Of a stretch of 64,000 bases of DNA, positions 54,913 to 64,000 are shown piece by piece. The notes beneath the pieces are model-generated. The model was not told the origin of the DNA and did no database searches. It worked only from the letters and a program-made list of their open reading frames with translations. Location: contig OY762911.1 in the NCBI GenBank assembly GCA_963666565.1, positions 1,600,001-1,664,000 on the forward strand, written 5' to 3'. Position 1 is the first letter of the stretch. The number at the start of each line of letters is the position of its first letter. Source of the stretch: Thermoanaerobaculia bacterium (GTDB lineage: Bacteria > Acidobacteriota > Thermoanaerobaculia > Multivoradales > Multivoraceae). The position numbers and the translations under genes were made by a program.

Positions 54913-55547
54913 TCGCGTTCGGTCTTCCGAAGGGGCGCAACCTCGGTCCGGCGCGCGCCGCCCTCTCGGCCGCGGGGCTCAACCTCGACGGTCTCGGTTC
55001 CTCGCGGCTGCGCCAACGGTTTCCCGATCAGTACGTGCTGGAGACGCCGGTCGAGGTGTTGCTGCTCAAGGACTGGGACCTGCCGCTCTACGTCGAGCAT
55101 GGGATCGTCGACTGCGCGATCGTCGGTTCGGACGTGCTCGAGGAAACGCAGCCCGACGTCTTCCGGCCGCTCCAACTGCGTGACGGCAGGAGCCGCCTGT
55201 CCCTGATCGCCGAAACGCCCGGCCTGCCGAAGCGGAGCGGCCAGCTCCGGGCGGCGACCCGCTATCCGGCCTGGGCCGCGCGGCTGCTGGCTGAGCGAAA
55301 CCTCCACGTCGAGGTGATCCACCTGACCAGTTCGATCGAACTCGGCCCGCTGCTCGACCTGACGGACGTGGCGGTAGACATCGTGCAGACCGGCGGCACG
55401 CTGCGAGCCCACGACCTGCACGAAGTCGAGGTGCTGGCGGAGGTGGCGCCGACTTTCGTCGTCAACCGGGCCTCGTTCCACGCCCACCGGCGCCGCCTGA
55501 GCCGGCTGCTCGGCGCGCTCGAAGAACGGGAGGCGGGCGATGACTGA
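54909..55547 (+). CDS. hisG: ATP phosphoribosyltransferase, short form
   Basis: LPKGR, ATRYP and DIVQTGGTL. Confidence 0.93.
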   Translation: MIAFGLPKGRNLGPARAALSAAGLNLDGLGSSRLRQRFPDQYVLETPVEVLLLKDWDLPLYVEHGIVDCAIVGSDVLEETQPDVFRPLQLRDGRSRLSLIAETPGLPKRSGQLRAATRYPAWAARLLAERNLHVEVIHLTSSIELGPLLDLTDVAVDIVQTGGTLRAHDLHEVEVLAEVAPTFVVNRASFHAHRRRLSRLLGALEEREAGDD

Positions 55548-57195
55548 GTCGCGTTCCGGTGTGCCTGAGGCGGTGGAGGCTGGCATGGCCAAGGCGCCTT
55601 CCGCGCCTGAAGAAGCGGAGGCCGGCGTGGCCAGCGTGCGCTCCGGCGTGCTTCGGGTGCTCGCCGCCGGAGGTCCGGCCGGCCGGGAGCGGCTGGAACT
55701 CCTCGACCGGCGGGGCCGCGGCGGCATCGCCGCGGAGATCCGCCAGACGGCCGCCGAGATCGTCGACTGCGTACGCGCCGGCGGCGACGCCGCCCTGCTC
55801 GAAGCGGTCGCCCGCTTCGACGGCTACCAGGCGGAGACGGCGGATTCCGCTACGGTGGAACGGGCTGCCCGCTGGGTGCGCGGGTCTTCCGACCCGCTGC
55901 CGCCGGAGGCGGCGGAAGTACGCACCGCCCGGAAGGCCGGCGCCGCTCTCGTCGCCGGCCTTCGGCCGGCGGCCCTGTCGTCCGGGCTCGGCCGCTCCGC
56001 AGCGCCGCCCGTGAGCGGGTCGGAAGACCCGCGCACCCAGCGGGCGGCCCGTTCGATGGAAGCGCGGTCGGCCACGGCGCTGCGCCTGACCGGCGGCGGC
56101 GACGCCGGCGACGAAGTCGCGCCCTCCGTCCTCGCCGCCATCGACCGGGCCCGGGACGCGATCGAGACTTGGCATCGCGCCCTGCTGCGCGGCTCCGGCG
56201 TCGAACGCGTCGAGCGCGACGGCGTCACGATCGAGGAGCGCCGAATCGCCATTCGCCGCGTCGGCCTCTACGTGCCGGGCGGCCGCTTCCCCTATCCCTC
56301 GACCGTGCTGATGACCGCGATACCAGCGCGGCTCGCCGGCGTGGAGGAGATCGTCGTCGCCACGCCGCCCCGGGCGTATCTGGAGAGCCCGGTGCTGCGG
56401 CACGTCCTGGACCTCGCCGGAGTCGACGAGGTGTGGGGCATGGGCGGCGCCCACGCGGTCGCGGCGCTTGCCTACGGCACGGAGTCGATCCGCCCCGTCG
56501 ACCTGATCGCGGGACCGGGCAACGCCTGGGTCGCGGCCGCCAAGCAGCATGTCGCCTCGGACGTCGGCGTCGACCGGGACGCCGGGCCGTCCGAGGTCGT
56601 CGTCGTCGCCACCGCGGGCGCGCCGGCGGAGTGCGTCGCCGCCGACCTGCTGGCGCAGGCGGAGCACGACCCGCTGGCGGTCGCCGTCCTGGTCACCGAC
56701 TCCGCCGACCTTGCCGCCCGCGTCGCCGCGGAAGTCGACCGGCAACTCGCCGGCCTGCCGACGGCGGAGACTGCGGCCGCGGCTCTGGATCGCCACGGCG
56801 CGGCCTTCGTCGCCGCCGACTTGGACGAGGCGCTCGCGCTCGCCGAGCGCATCGCCCCGGAGCACCTGCAGTTGATCGGCGGCGCCGCCGAGGCGCGCGC
56901 GGGCGAGCTCCGCAACGCCGGCGCCGTGTTCGTCGGCGCGTCGTCGCCGGTCGCGTTCGGGGACTACGTCGCCGGCCCCAGCCACGTCCTGCCGACGGGC
57001 GGCAGCGCGCGCTTCTCCTCCGGCCTCGGCACGGACGACTTCCTGCGCCGCAGCCACACCGTCCGCTTCTCGGACGAGGCCGCGGCGGCCTGGGCCGGCG
57101 CGGTCGAGACCCTGGCGACCACGGAGGGGCTCGCCGCCCACGCGGCGGCCGCGCGGTTGCGCCGCGAGTCCGGCGACCGGGAGGCCGCGCCATGA
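55540..57195 (+). CDS. hisD: Histidinol dehydrogenase with an in-frame REP insertion
   Basis: GLYVPGG, GPGN, AGPSE, QAEH, PEHL and GPSHVLPT. Confidence 0.93.
   Translation: MTESRSGVPEAVEAGMAKAPSAPEEAEAGVASVRSGVLRVLAAGGPAGRERLELLDRRGRGGIAAEIRQTAAEIVDCVRAGGDAALLEAVARFDGYQAETADSATVERAARWVRGSSDPLPPEAAEVRTARKAGAALVAGLRPAALSSGLGRSAAPPVSGSEDPRTQRAARSMEARSATALRLTGGGDAGDEVAPSVLAAIDRARDAIETWHRALLRGSGVERVERDGVTIEERRIAIRRVGLYVPGGRFPYPSTVLMTAIPARLAGVEEIVVATPPRAYLESPVLRHVLDLAGVDEVWGMGGAHAVAALAYGTESIRPVDLIAGPGNAWVAAAKQHVASDVGVDRDAGPSEVVVVATAGAPAECVAADLLAQAEHDPLAVAVLVTDSADLAARVAAEVDRQLAGLPTAETAAAALDRHGAAFVAADLDEALALAERIAPEHLQLIGGAAEARAGELRNAGAVFVGASSPVAFGDYVAGPSHVLPTGGSARFSSGLGTDDFLRRSHTVRFSDEAAAAWAGAVETLATTEGLAAHAAAARLRRESGDREAAP
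55858..56054. repeat. Inverted REP doublet (REPIN-like) inside hisD
   Basis: REP at 55874 (+) and 56015-56038 (-); arms extend about 16 bp outward. Confidence 0.85.
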
Positions 57196-58334
57196 GCGGC
57201 CGCGCCGAACGGGCGGCCGCCCTGGTGCGGCCGGAGGTGCGCGACCTGTCGGTCTACTCGCTGCACCAGGTCGAGGCCCGCTACAAGCTCGATCAGAACG
57301 AGGCGCCCTGGGACCTGCCTGGGTCGCTCAAGCGGGAGGCGCTGGCCCGGCTGGCCGACCGGCCCTGGTCGGAGTACCCGGACTTTCACGCCGACCGGCT
57401 GCGCCGGCTGATCGGCGACCTGCACGAGTGGCCCATGGAGGGCGTCCTGGTCGGCAACGGCTCCGGCGAACTCCTCGCGACCGTGCTCGAGGGGGTCGTC
57501 CGCCCCGGCCAGGAAGTGCTCATCTGCGACCCGAGTTTCAGTCCCTACAGGACCTTCGTCGCGCGCGCCGCCGGCGTGCCGCGGCATCTGGAACCGGCTC
57601 CCGACCTGGGCCTGCAGATGGACGCACTCCAGGCCGAGGTCGACCGCGACCCGCGGCGGCCGGCGCTCCTCTGCACGCCGAACAACCCGACCGGCGCGGC
57701 GGCGGCGCCCGAAGCGGTGGAGCGCCTGGCGCGGTCCCTGGACGCGGCCCTTCTGCTCGACAACGCGTACGGCGAGTTCTGCCGTCACGACTACCGGCCG
57801 CTGCTGCGGGCGAACCGGAACATCGTCCTCTTCCGGACCCTGTCGAAGGCCTGGTCCCTGGGCGGAATCCGGCTCGGCTACCTGCTCGCCGCGCCCGAAC
57901 TCGTCGCCCAGTTGATCAAGGTCAAGCTGGCCTACAGCGTCGGCCATGCCGCGGCCGCGATCGGCGAGGTGGCGCTGGAGCACGCCCGCCGTTTCCCTCG
58001 CCGGATCGCGGTAGTGCTGGCGCGGCGGAGCCAGTGGGCCGCGATGCTCCGGGAGTTCGGCTTCGAGGTCTTCGAGTCGGAGGCGAACTTCCTGCTCGCC
58101 CGCCACCCGCGCTGCGGCGAGATCCGCGACGGTCTGGCGGCCGCGGGCATCCTGATCCGGGACGTCAGCGGGTACCCGGGGCTGGCGAACTGCATGAGAA
58201 TCGGCATCGGCGCCGGGCCGGCCCTGCGCGCGACCCGCCGCGCGCTGGCCGGGATGTCGGGGGCCGCCGGCGCGAAAGCGCCGGCGCACCCGGTTTCCGC
58301 CGCGCAAGCCCCGAACGGGGGAGGAGAACGATGA
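57192..58334 (+). CDS. hisC: Histidinol-phosphate aminotransferase
   Basis: LDQNE, GNGS, PNNPTG and RTLSKAW. Confidence 0.93.
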   Translation: MSGRAERAAALVRPEVRDLSVYSLHQVEARYKLDQNEAPWDLPGSLKREALARLADRPWSEYPDFHADRLRRLIGDLHEWPMEGVLVGNGSGELLATVLEGVVRPGQEVLICDPSFSPYRTFVARAAGVPRHLEPAPDLGLQMDALQAEVDRDPRRPALLCTPNNPTGAAAAPEAVERLARSLDAALLLDNAYGEFCRHDYRPLLRANRNIVLFRTLSKAWSLGGIRLGYLLAAPELVAQLIKVKLAYSVGHAAAAIGEVALEHARRFPRRIAVVLARRSQWAAMLREFGFEVFESEANFLLARHPRCGEIRDGLAAAGILIRDVSGYPGLANCMRIGIGAGPALRATRRALAGMSGAAGAKAPAHPVSAAQAPNGGGER

Positions 58335-58948
58335 GAACAGCGTCGATCGACCGGAGAACGTCCGAGACCCAGGTCCGCGCCGAACTGTCGCTCGACGGCG
58401 GGGACCGCCGGATCGACACGCCGAACGGGTTCTTCAGCCACATGCTGGACGCGCTGACCCGCCACGGCGGCCTGGGGCTAGACCTCGCGGCCCGCGGCGA
58501 TACGGAGATCGACCTCCATCACACGGTGGAGGACACCGGAATCGTGCTCGGCGACGCGCTCCGGGAGGCGCTCGGCGACCGCGCCGGGGTGCGCCGGTTC
58601 GCGCACGCCTACGCTCCGCTCGACGAGGCCCTGGCGCGCGCCGTGGTCGATCTCTCGGGCCGGGGTTCCTTCCACTTCCGGCTGCCGCCGGACCTGGAGC
58701 AGGCGTGGGTGACGACCGAGTTCCCGCTCACCCTGGTGGGCGACTTCTTCGGCGCCCTGGCCGACCGCGGCCGGCTGACCCTGCACCTGGACGTGCTCCG
58801 CGGGCGCAACCCGCACCACGTCGCCGAGGCCGCCTTCAAGGCGGCGGCGCTCTCATTGCGCGAGGCAGTGTCGCTCCGGCCGGCGGCGTCTCCGGGGGCG
58901 GAAGGGGCCGCCGACGTACCGAGCACGAAGGGGAGCCTCACCGCATGA
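58331..58948 (+). CDS. hisB: Imidazoleglycerol-phosphate dehydratase
   Basis: HHTVED, HHVAE and PSTKG. Confidence 0.95.
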   Translation: MRTASIDRRTSETQVRAELSLDGGDRRIDTPNGFFSHMLDALTRHGGLGLDLAARGDTEIDLHHTVEDTGIVLGDALREALGDRAGVRRFAHAYAPLDEALARAVVDLSGRGSFHFRLPPDLEQAWVTTEFPLTLVGDFFGALADRGRLTLHLDVLRGRNPHHVAEAAFKAAALSLREAVSLRPAASPGAEGAADVPSTKGSLTA

Positions 58949-59718
58949 CCGGCGCGGCGACATCCCGGGAAGCCGGGCTACCCGCCGGTATCCGGCGCGC
59001 TTCCCCCGCGTCGCAGTTCGCCCGGCCCGCGGGCGCGGGCGTCCGCGCGACGGTGATCGACGCCGGGGTCGGCAACATCGGCAACCTGGTGCGGGCGCTC
59101 CGCCACCTGGGCGCCGAGGTCGAGATCACCTGCGACCCGGCAACGATCCGCGCCTCCCGCTGCCTCGTGCTGCCGGGAGTCGGCGCCTTCCGGCCGCCGC
59201 GCGAGGTCCTGCGCGGCGCGCCCGAGGAGGCGATCCGGGCCGCCCTCGAAGGCGGCGCCACCCTGCTCGGCATCTGCATCGGCTACCAGCTCCTGTTCGA
59301 CGGCAGCGAGGAGTTCGGGACGACGGACGGCCTCGCGCTGCTTCCCGGCCGGGTTACCGAACTGCCCGGCGGCGTACCGCTGCCCCACATCGGCTGGAAC
59401 CGCGTCTTCGCGGTCGAGGACCACCCCCTGCTCGCCGGCTCGACGAACGACGACCACTACTACTTCGTCCACTCCTTCGCGCCCGAGGGCGTCCCGGAGG
59501 AGTCGGTCCTCGGGCGCTGCCGGCATGGCCGCAGTTTCCCGGCGATCGCCGGTCGCGGCCGGGTCGCCGGCACCCAGTTCCACCCCGAGAAGAGCGGCGC
59601 CGCCGGCCTGCGGCTGCTGAGCAACTACCTGGCCTGGGCCGGCGACCTCGCCGCCGGCGCCGATGGAGGAGCCCCGGAGGGCCATGGAGGAACACATGCA
59701 ACTGCTGCCGGCCATTGA
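58945..59718 (+). CDS. hisH: Imidazole glycerol phosphate synthase, glutaminase subunit
   Basis: LPGVG, GICIGYQ, YFVHS and QFHPEKS. Confidence 0.94.
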   Translation: MTGAATSREAGLPAGIRRASPASQFARPAGAGVRATVIDAGVGNIGNLVRALRHLGAEVEITCDPATIRASRCLVLPGVGAFRPPREVLRGAPEEAIRAALEGGATLLGICIGYQLLFDGSEEFGTTDGLALLPGRVTELPGGVPLPHIGWNRVFAVEDHPLLAGSTNDDHYYFVHSFAPEGVPEESVLGRCRHGRSFPAIAGRGRVAGTQFHPEKSGAAGLRLLSNYLAWAGDLAAGADGGAPEGHGGTHATAAGH

Positions 59719-60493
59719 CCTGCGGCGCGGCCAGGTCGTGCGCCTTATGCGCGGCGACGACGCCCGCCGCACGGTCTACGACGCCGACCCGGGCGCCGCT
59801 CTCCGCCGCTACCGCGAGGCGGGGGTGGCCCGCGTCCACGTCGTCGACCTGGACGCGGCGTTCGGCGGCCCGCCGCAGCGCGGCGTCGTCGAAAGACTCG
59901 CGCGGCAGGCGCCGGCCGCCGCAGGAAAGGGGTCCAAGGCTGACGTGGAAGCGCGGACGTCCAGTTCGCCGTCCGGGGCGGCGCCGCGGGCCGGCATCCA
60001 GCTCGGCGGCGGCCTGCGCGACCGCGAGGCGGTGGAGTGGGCCTTCGCGGCCGGCTGCGAACGGGCCGTCGCGACCTCGCTCGTCGTGCGCGACTTCGAC
60101 GCGTTCGCAGACCTCTGCGGTGACTACCCGGGCCGCATGGTAGCGGCGCTCGACATGGACGGCGGCGAGGTCCGCCTTGCCGGCTGGACCGAGTCGGCCG
60201 ACCGTTCGCCGGCGGCGCTCTGCGCGCAACTCGCCGGCCTGCCGATCGCCGCCGTGCTCGTGACCGACATTTCGCGGGACGGGATGATGCAGGGCCCGAA
60301 CATCGACCTCGCCTGCCGGATCGGCGACCTGGCCGGAGCGCCGGCGATCCTCTCCGGCGGCGTCCGCTCGGCGGCCGATCTCGAAGCCGCGGCGCGGCGG
60401 CCCGAACTCGAAGCCGCGATCGTCGGCCGTGCGCTCTACGACGGTTCGCTCAGCCTGAACGAGGCAATTGCAGCCTGCGGGAGCTCGCCGTGA
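59696..60493 (+). CDS. hisA: ProFAR isomerase
   Basis: [18 protein letters not shown] and TDISRDG. Confidence 0.93.
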   Translation: MQLLPAIDLRRGQVVRLMRGDDARRTVYDADPGAALRRYREAGVARVHVVDLDAAFGGPPQRGVVERLARQAPAAAGKGSKADVEARTSSSPSGAAPRAGIQLGGGLRDREAVEWAFAAGCERAVATSLVVRDFDAFADLCGDYPGRMVAALDMDGGEVRLAGWTESADRSPAALCAQLAGLPIAAVLVTDISRDGMMQGPNIDLACRIGDLAGAPAILSGGVRSAADLEAAARRPELEAAIVGRALYDGSLSLNEAIAACGSSP

Positions 60494-61299
60494 GAGCCAC
60501 CATCGAGCCGACCGGCCTGACCCGCCGGATCATCCCGTGCCTCGACGTCGCCGCCGGCCGCGTCGTCAAGGGCGTCCAGTTCAAGAACCTGACCGACCAC
60601 GGCGACCCGACCGAGGCGGCGGCGCGCTACGCCGCCGAGGGCGCCGACGAGATCGTCTTCCTGGACATTATGGCCGCGCCCGAGCGCCGCGACACGGACC
60701 TGGACTGGGTGCGGCGGACGGCCGAGCAGGTGTTCATCCCTCTGAGCGTCGCCGGCGGGGTGCGCAGCGTCGAGGATGGCCGGAAGCTGCTCCTGGCTGG
60801 CGCCGACAAGCTGGGGATCAACACGGCCGCGGTCGCCGAGCCGGAACTGCTGACCCGCCTCGCCGAACGCTTCGGCAGCCAGTGCGTCGTGCTCCCGGTG
60901 GACGCGAAGCGCCGCGAGGAAGACGGCGCGGACGGCCCGCGCTGGGAGGTCGTCACCCACGGCGGCCGCACGCCTACCGGACTCGACGCGCTCGAGTGGA
61001 TCGAGGCCGGCATCGAGCGCGGCGCCGGCGAGATCCTGCTCACCAGCATCGACAGCGACGGCACGAAGGAGGGCTACGACCTGGAACTGCTGCGCCGGGC
61101 CTCGGCGCTCTCGCCCGTGCCGGTCATCGCCTCCGGCGGCGCCGGTACGCTGGAGCACTTGGCCGACGCGCTCGAGACCGGCGCCGCCGCGGTGCTTGCC
61201 GCCTCGATCTTCCACCAGTCGACCTACTCGGTCGGCGCGGTCAAGGACTACCTCGGCCGGCGCTACCCGATCCGCCTTGAGACAGGAGAGAACACGTGA
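60490..61299 (+). CDS. hisF: Imidazole glycerol phosphate synthase, cyclase subunit
   Basis: [12 protein letters not shown] and [10 protein letters not shown]. Confidence 0.96.
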   Translation: MRATIEPTGLTRRIIPCLDVAAGRVVKGVQFKNLTDHGDPTEAAARYAAEGADEIVFLDIMAAPERRDTDLDWVRRTAEQVFIPLSVAGGVRSVEDGRKLLLAGADKLGINTAAVAEPELLTRLAERFGSQCVVLPVDAKRREEDGADGPRWEVVTHGGRTPTGLDALEWIEAGIERGAGEILLTSIDSDGTKEGYDLELLRRASALSPVPVIASGGAGTLEHLADALETGAAAVLAASIFHQSTYSVGAVKDYLGRRYPIRLETGENT

Positions 61300-62057
61300 C
61301 GGAAGCGACGATCGACCCCGCGGCCCTCACCTACGACGACCGCGGCCTGCTGCCCGTCGTGGTCCAGGACGTGCTCTCGGGCGCGGTGCTCATGCTCGCC
61401 TACGCGAACCGCGAGGCGGTGGAACTGACGCTCGCCACGGGTCAGGCCCACTTCTTCAGCCGCTCCCGCCAGGAGCTCTGGCGCAAGGGCGCCACCTCGG
61501 GCAACACGCTGGCCGTGGTCGAGGTGCTCCAGGACTGCGACCGGGACGCGCTGCTGGTGCGGGCGCTGCCGGCGGGGCCGGCGTGCCACAACTACACGCG
61601 GAGTTGCTTCGAGCCGAACGTGGCCGAGTTCGAGCTCGGCTGGCTGGCGCACATCCTCGCCGAGCGCGCCTCCGCGCCGCCGGAGGAGAGCTACACCGCG
61701 CGCTTGGTCGGCCAGGGCGTGGACCGGATCGCCCGCAAGGTCGCGGAGGAGGCGGGGGAGACCGTGATCGCCGGGGTGCGCGCCGACGCCGAGCCCGGGT
61801 CGGTAGAACGCCGCGACGATCTGGCCGCCGAGACCGCCGACCTCGCGTACCACCTGCTGGTCCTGCTCCAGGCCACCGGTGTCGAACTCGCCGACGTGGC
61901 CGCCGAACTTGGACGGCGCCACCAGGAAGCGCGGGGAACCGGCCGTGCGCCGGGTCCGCCGGCGTCCGCATCGGCTACCGGATGCGGGTCGGAAGACCCG
62001 CGCACCCGGCGCGCGCGGCGGCAGGTTGCGGGCAAGACCGGGAAGGAGCCGTCATGA
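61296..62057 (+). CDS. hisIE: Bifunctional PR-AMP cyclohydrolase / PR-ATP pyrophosphatase
   Basis: [16 protein letters not shown]; [16 protein letters not shown]. Confidence 0.93.
   Translation: MTEATIDPAALTYDDRGLLPVVVQDVLSGAVLMLAYANREAVELTLATGQAHFFSRSRQELWRKGATSGNTLAVVEVLQDCDRDALLVRALPAGPACHNYTRSCFEPNVAEFELGWLAHILAERASAPPEESYTARLVGQGVDRIARKVAEEAGETVIAGVRADAEPGSVERRDDLAAETADLAYHLLVLLQATGVELADVAAELGRRHQEARGTGRAPGPPASASATGCGSEDPRTRRARRQVAGKTGKEPS
61984..62007 (-). repeat. REP copy in the hisIE 3' extension
   Basis: Exact reverse complement; translated as GSEDPRT. Confidence 0.85.
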
Positions 62058-63565
62058 CCCGCCCTGCCGCGGCCCTCGCCCACACCCGGGACTTCCTCGC
62101 CGACACCTCGACCCCGCTCGGCGTCTACCGCAAGCTGGCCGCTCAGGCGGAAGCGGCGGGAGGCGCAGGATCCCGGCGCTTTCTGCTGGAGAGCATCACC
62201 GGCGGCGAGCACGTCTCGCGCTACAGCTTCCTGGGCGCGAGCCCCTCCCGGGTATGCCGCGTGCATCTCGACCGGCTCGAGATCGAGGATCTGCGGAACG
62301 GCGGCGAGGTCCGGGTCGAGAAGGGCAATCCGCTGCCGAAGCTGCGGCGCCTGCTCGACGGCGTGGCCGCGGACCAGGCGCCGCCGCTGCCGTTCGCGGG
62401 CGGCTGGGTCTTCGCCTTCGGTTTCGACGCCATCCGCCTGGTCGAGCCGCGCCTGGTCGACCATCCGGCCGGGCGACCGCCGGACCCGTTCGGCCTGCCG
62501 ATCGCGACGCTTGCCCGCTTCGACGACGTCCTCGTGTTCGACCACGCGCGCCAGCGGATCGTCGCGGTGGCGAACGAGATCGAGGGCGAGAGCACAGCGG
62601 CCGACGCGGAAGCGCGGCTCGACGCCTTGCAGGCGGTGCTCGAGAGCCGGGGCGAGGCGATGGCGGCGCGGGTCGAGGACCGGGGGATCAAGGCGGAGAC
62701 CGCCGCTCCCACGCTGAGCGACGAGGAGCACGGCCGGGCGGTCAACGTGGCGAAGGAGTACATCGCCGCCGGCGACATCTTCCAGGTCGTGCTCGCCCGG
62801 CGCTGGAAGATCGACCTCGGCGTGCCGCCGGCGACCGTCTACCGGGCGTTGCGGCTGGTGAATCCGTCGCCGTACATGGTGCTGTTCGAGGCGCCCGAGG
62901 TGTCGCTGATCGGCGCTTCGCCGGAGATGCTGGTGCGGCGCACGGGGCGGCGGCTGGAAGTGCGGCCCATCGCCGGTACCCGGCCGTGCGGGGGGACGGC
63001 GGCCCGGGACCGGGCCCTGGCCGAGGAGCTCCTCGCCGACCCGAAGGAGCGCGCCGAGCACGTCATGCTGGTCGACCTGGGGCGCAACGACCTCGGCCGG
63101 GTGGCGTCGCTGGGCAGCGTCTCGGTCGCCGACTTCATGGTCATCGAGCACTACAGCGACGTGATGCACATCGTCAGTTCGGTGGAGGCGGAGCAGGCCC
63201 CCGAGGCCGGGAACGGCGCCGGTTCGGCCCTCGACGCGCTGCTCGCCTGCTTCCCGGCCGGCACGCTGTCAGGCGCGCCGAAGATCCGCGCCGTCGAGAT
63301 CATCGACGAGCTGGAACCGGAGGCGCGCGGCATGTACGGCGGCTCCGTCGGCTACTTCTCGTTCGGCGGCGACATGGACGCTTGCATCACGATCCGCACG
63401 CTCGCGGTCGTGAACGGCGAAGCCTCGATCACCGCGGGCGGCGGCATCGTCGCCGATTCCGAGCCGGCGCGCGAGGCCCAGGAGACGCGCGACAAGGCCG
63501 CGGCGCTGCTGCGGGCGGTGGCCCTGGCGCGCGACCTGGAGGGCCGGCGGGAGTCCTCGCCATGA
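62054..63565 (+). CDS. trpE: Anthranilate synthase component I
   Basis: LLES, NPSPY, PIAGT, EHVMLVDLGRND and GAPK. Confidence 0.92.
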   Translation: MTRPAAALAHTRDFLADTSTPLGVYRKLAAQAEAAGGAGSRRFLLESITGGEHVSRYSFLGASPSRVCRVHLDRLEIEDLRNGGEVRVEKGNPLPKLRRLLDGVAADQAPPLPFAGGWVFAFGFDAIRLVEPRLVDHPAGRPPDPFGLPIATLARFDDVLVFDHARQRIVAVANEIEGESTAADAEARLDALQAVLESRGEAMAARVEDRGIKAETAAPTLSDEEHGRAVNVAKEYIAAGDIFQVVLARRWKIDLGVPPATVYRALRLVNPSPYMVLFEAPEVSLIGASPEMLVRRTGRRLEVRPIAGTRPCGGTAARDRALAEELLADPKERAEHVMLVDLGRNDLGRVASLGSVSVADFMVIEHYSDVMHIVSSVEAEQAPEAGNGAGSALDALLACFPAGTLSGAPKIRAVEIIDELEPEARGMYGGSVGYFSFGGDMDACITIRTLAVVNGEASITAGGGIVADSEPAREAQETRDKAAALLRAVALARDLEGRRESSP

Positions 63566-64000
63566 TCCTCGTCATCGACAACTACGACTCCTTCACCTAC
63601 AACCTGGTGCAGATGCTGGGAGGCCTGGGCGCGGCGCTTCAGGTGGTGCGCAACGACGTCGAGAGCGTGCCGGATCTGCTCGCGCGCGACGCCGGCGGGA
63701 TCGTCCTGTCGCCGGGTCCGGGGCGGCCGGAGGACGCCGGTGTCTGCATCGACCTGCTGCGCGCGCGGCCCGACGTGCCCCTGCTGGGAGTCTGCCTCGG
63801 GCACCAGGCGCTCGGGGCCGCGTTCGGCGGCACGGTCGACCGGGCCGGCGTGCTGATGCACGGCAAGACCTCCGAAGTCGAGCACCGCGGAGTCGGCCTG
63901 CTCGCCGGCCTGCCGTCGCCCTTCGTCGCCACCCGCTACCACTCGCTCGCCGTGGAGGAGGACAGCCTGCCGGCGTCGCTCGAACCGCTGGCGTGGAGCG
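63562..64000 (+). CDS. trpG: Anthranilate synthase component II (partial, runs off the window)
   Basis: MILVIDNYDSFTYN, SPGPG, GVCLGHQ and RYHSL. Confidence 0.9.
   Translation, partial: MILVIDNYDSFTYNLVQMLGGLGAALQVVRNDVESVPDLLARDAGGIVLSPGPGRPEDAGVCIDLLRARPDVPLLGVCLGHQALGAAFGGTVDRAGVLMHGKTSEVEHRGVGLLAGLPSPFVATRYHSLAVEEDSLPASLEPLAWS

Overview
High-GC bacterial chromosome segment; gene content suggests Acidobacteriota (inference). It is mostly housekeeping: coaD, korAB, xerD, clpB/cbpA, murB, recA, a TRAP transporter, the yceD-rpmF-plsX-fab cluster, and an aroD/aroE-hisZGDCBHAF(IE)-trpEG supraoperon running off the right edge. The best finding is an unannotated 34-aa leader peptide ending WWAHGHGKG. 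It is followed by mutually exclusive antiterminator and terminator helices, and the terminator also hides the first gene's SD, so it looks like a dual Trp/His attenuator. Accessory DNA: a lower-GC islet bounded by a duplicated coaD 3' end, and a defence islet (MTase, nuclease, fused CapRel-like toxSAS). Repeats: about 19 copies of a 24-bp REP (some in frame inside hisD and hisIE), a second ~175-bp palindromic family, and gene-junction duplications that create ATGA-coupled relay mini-ORFs. All calls are by eye, without database searches.
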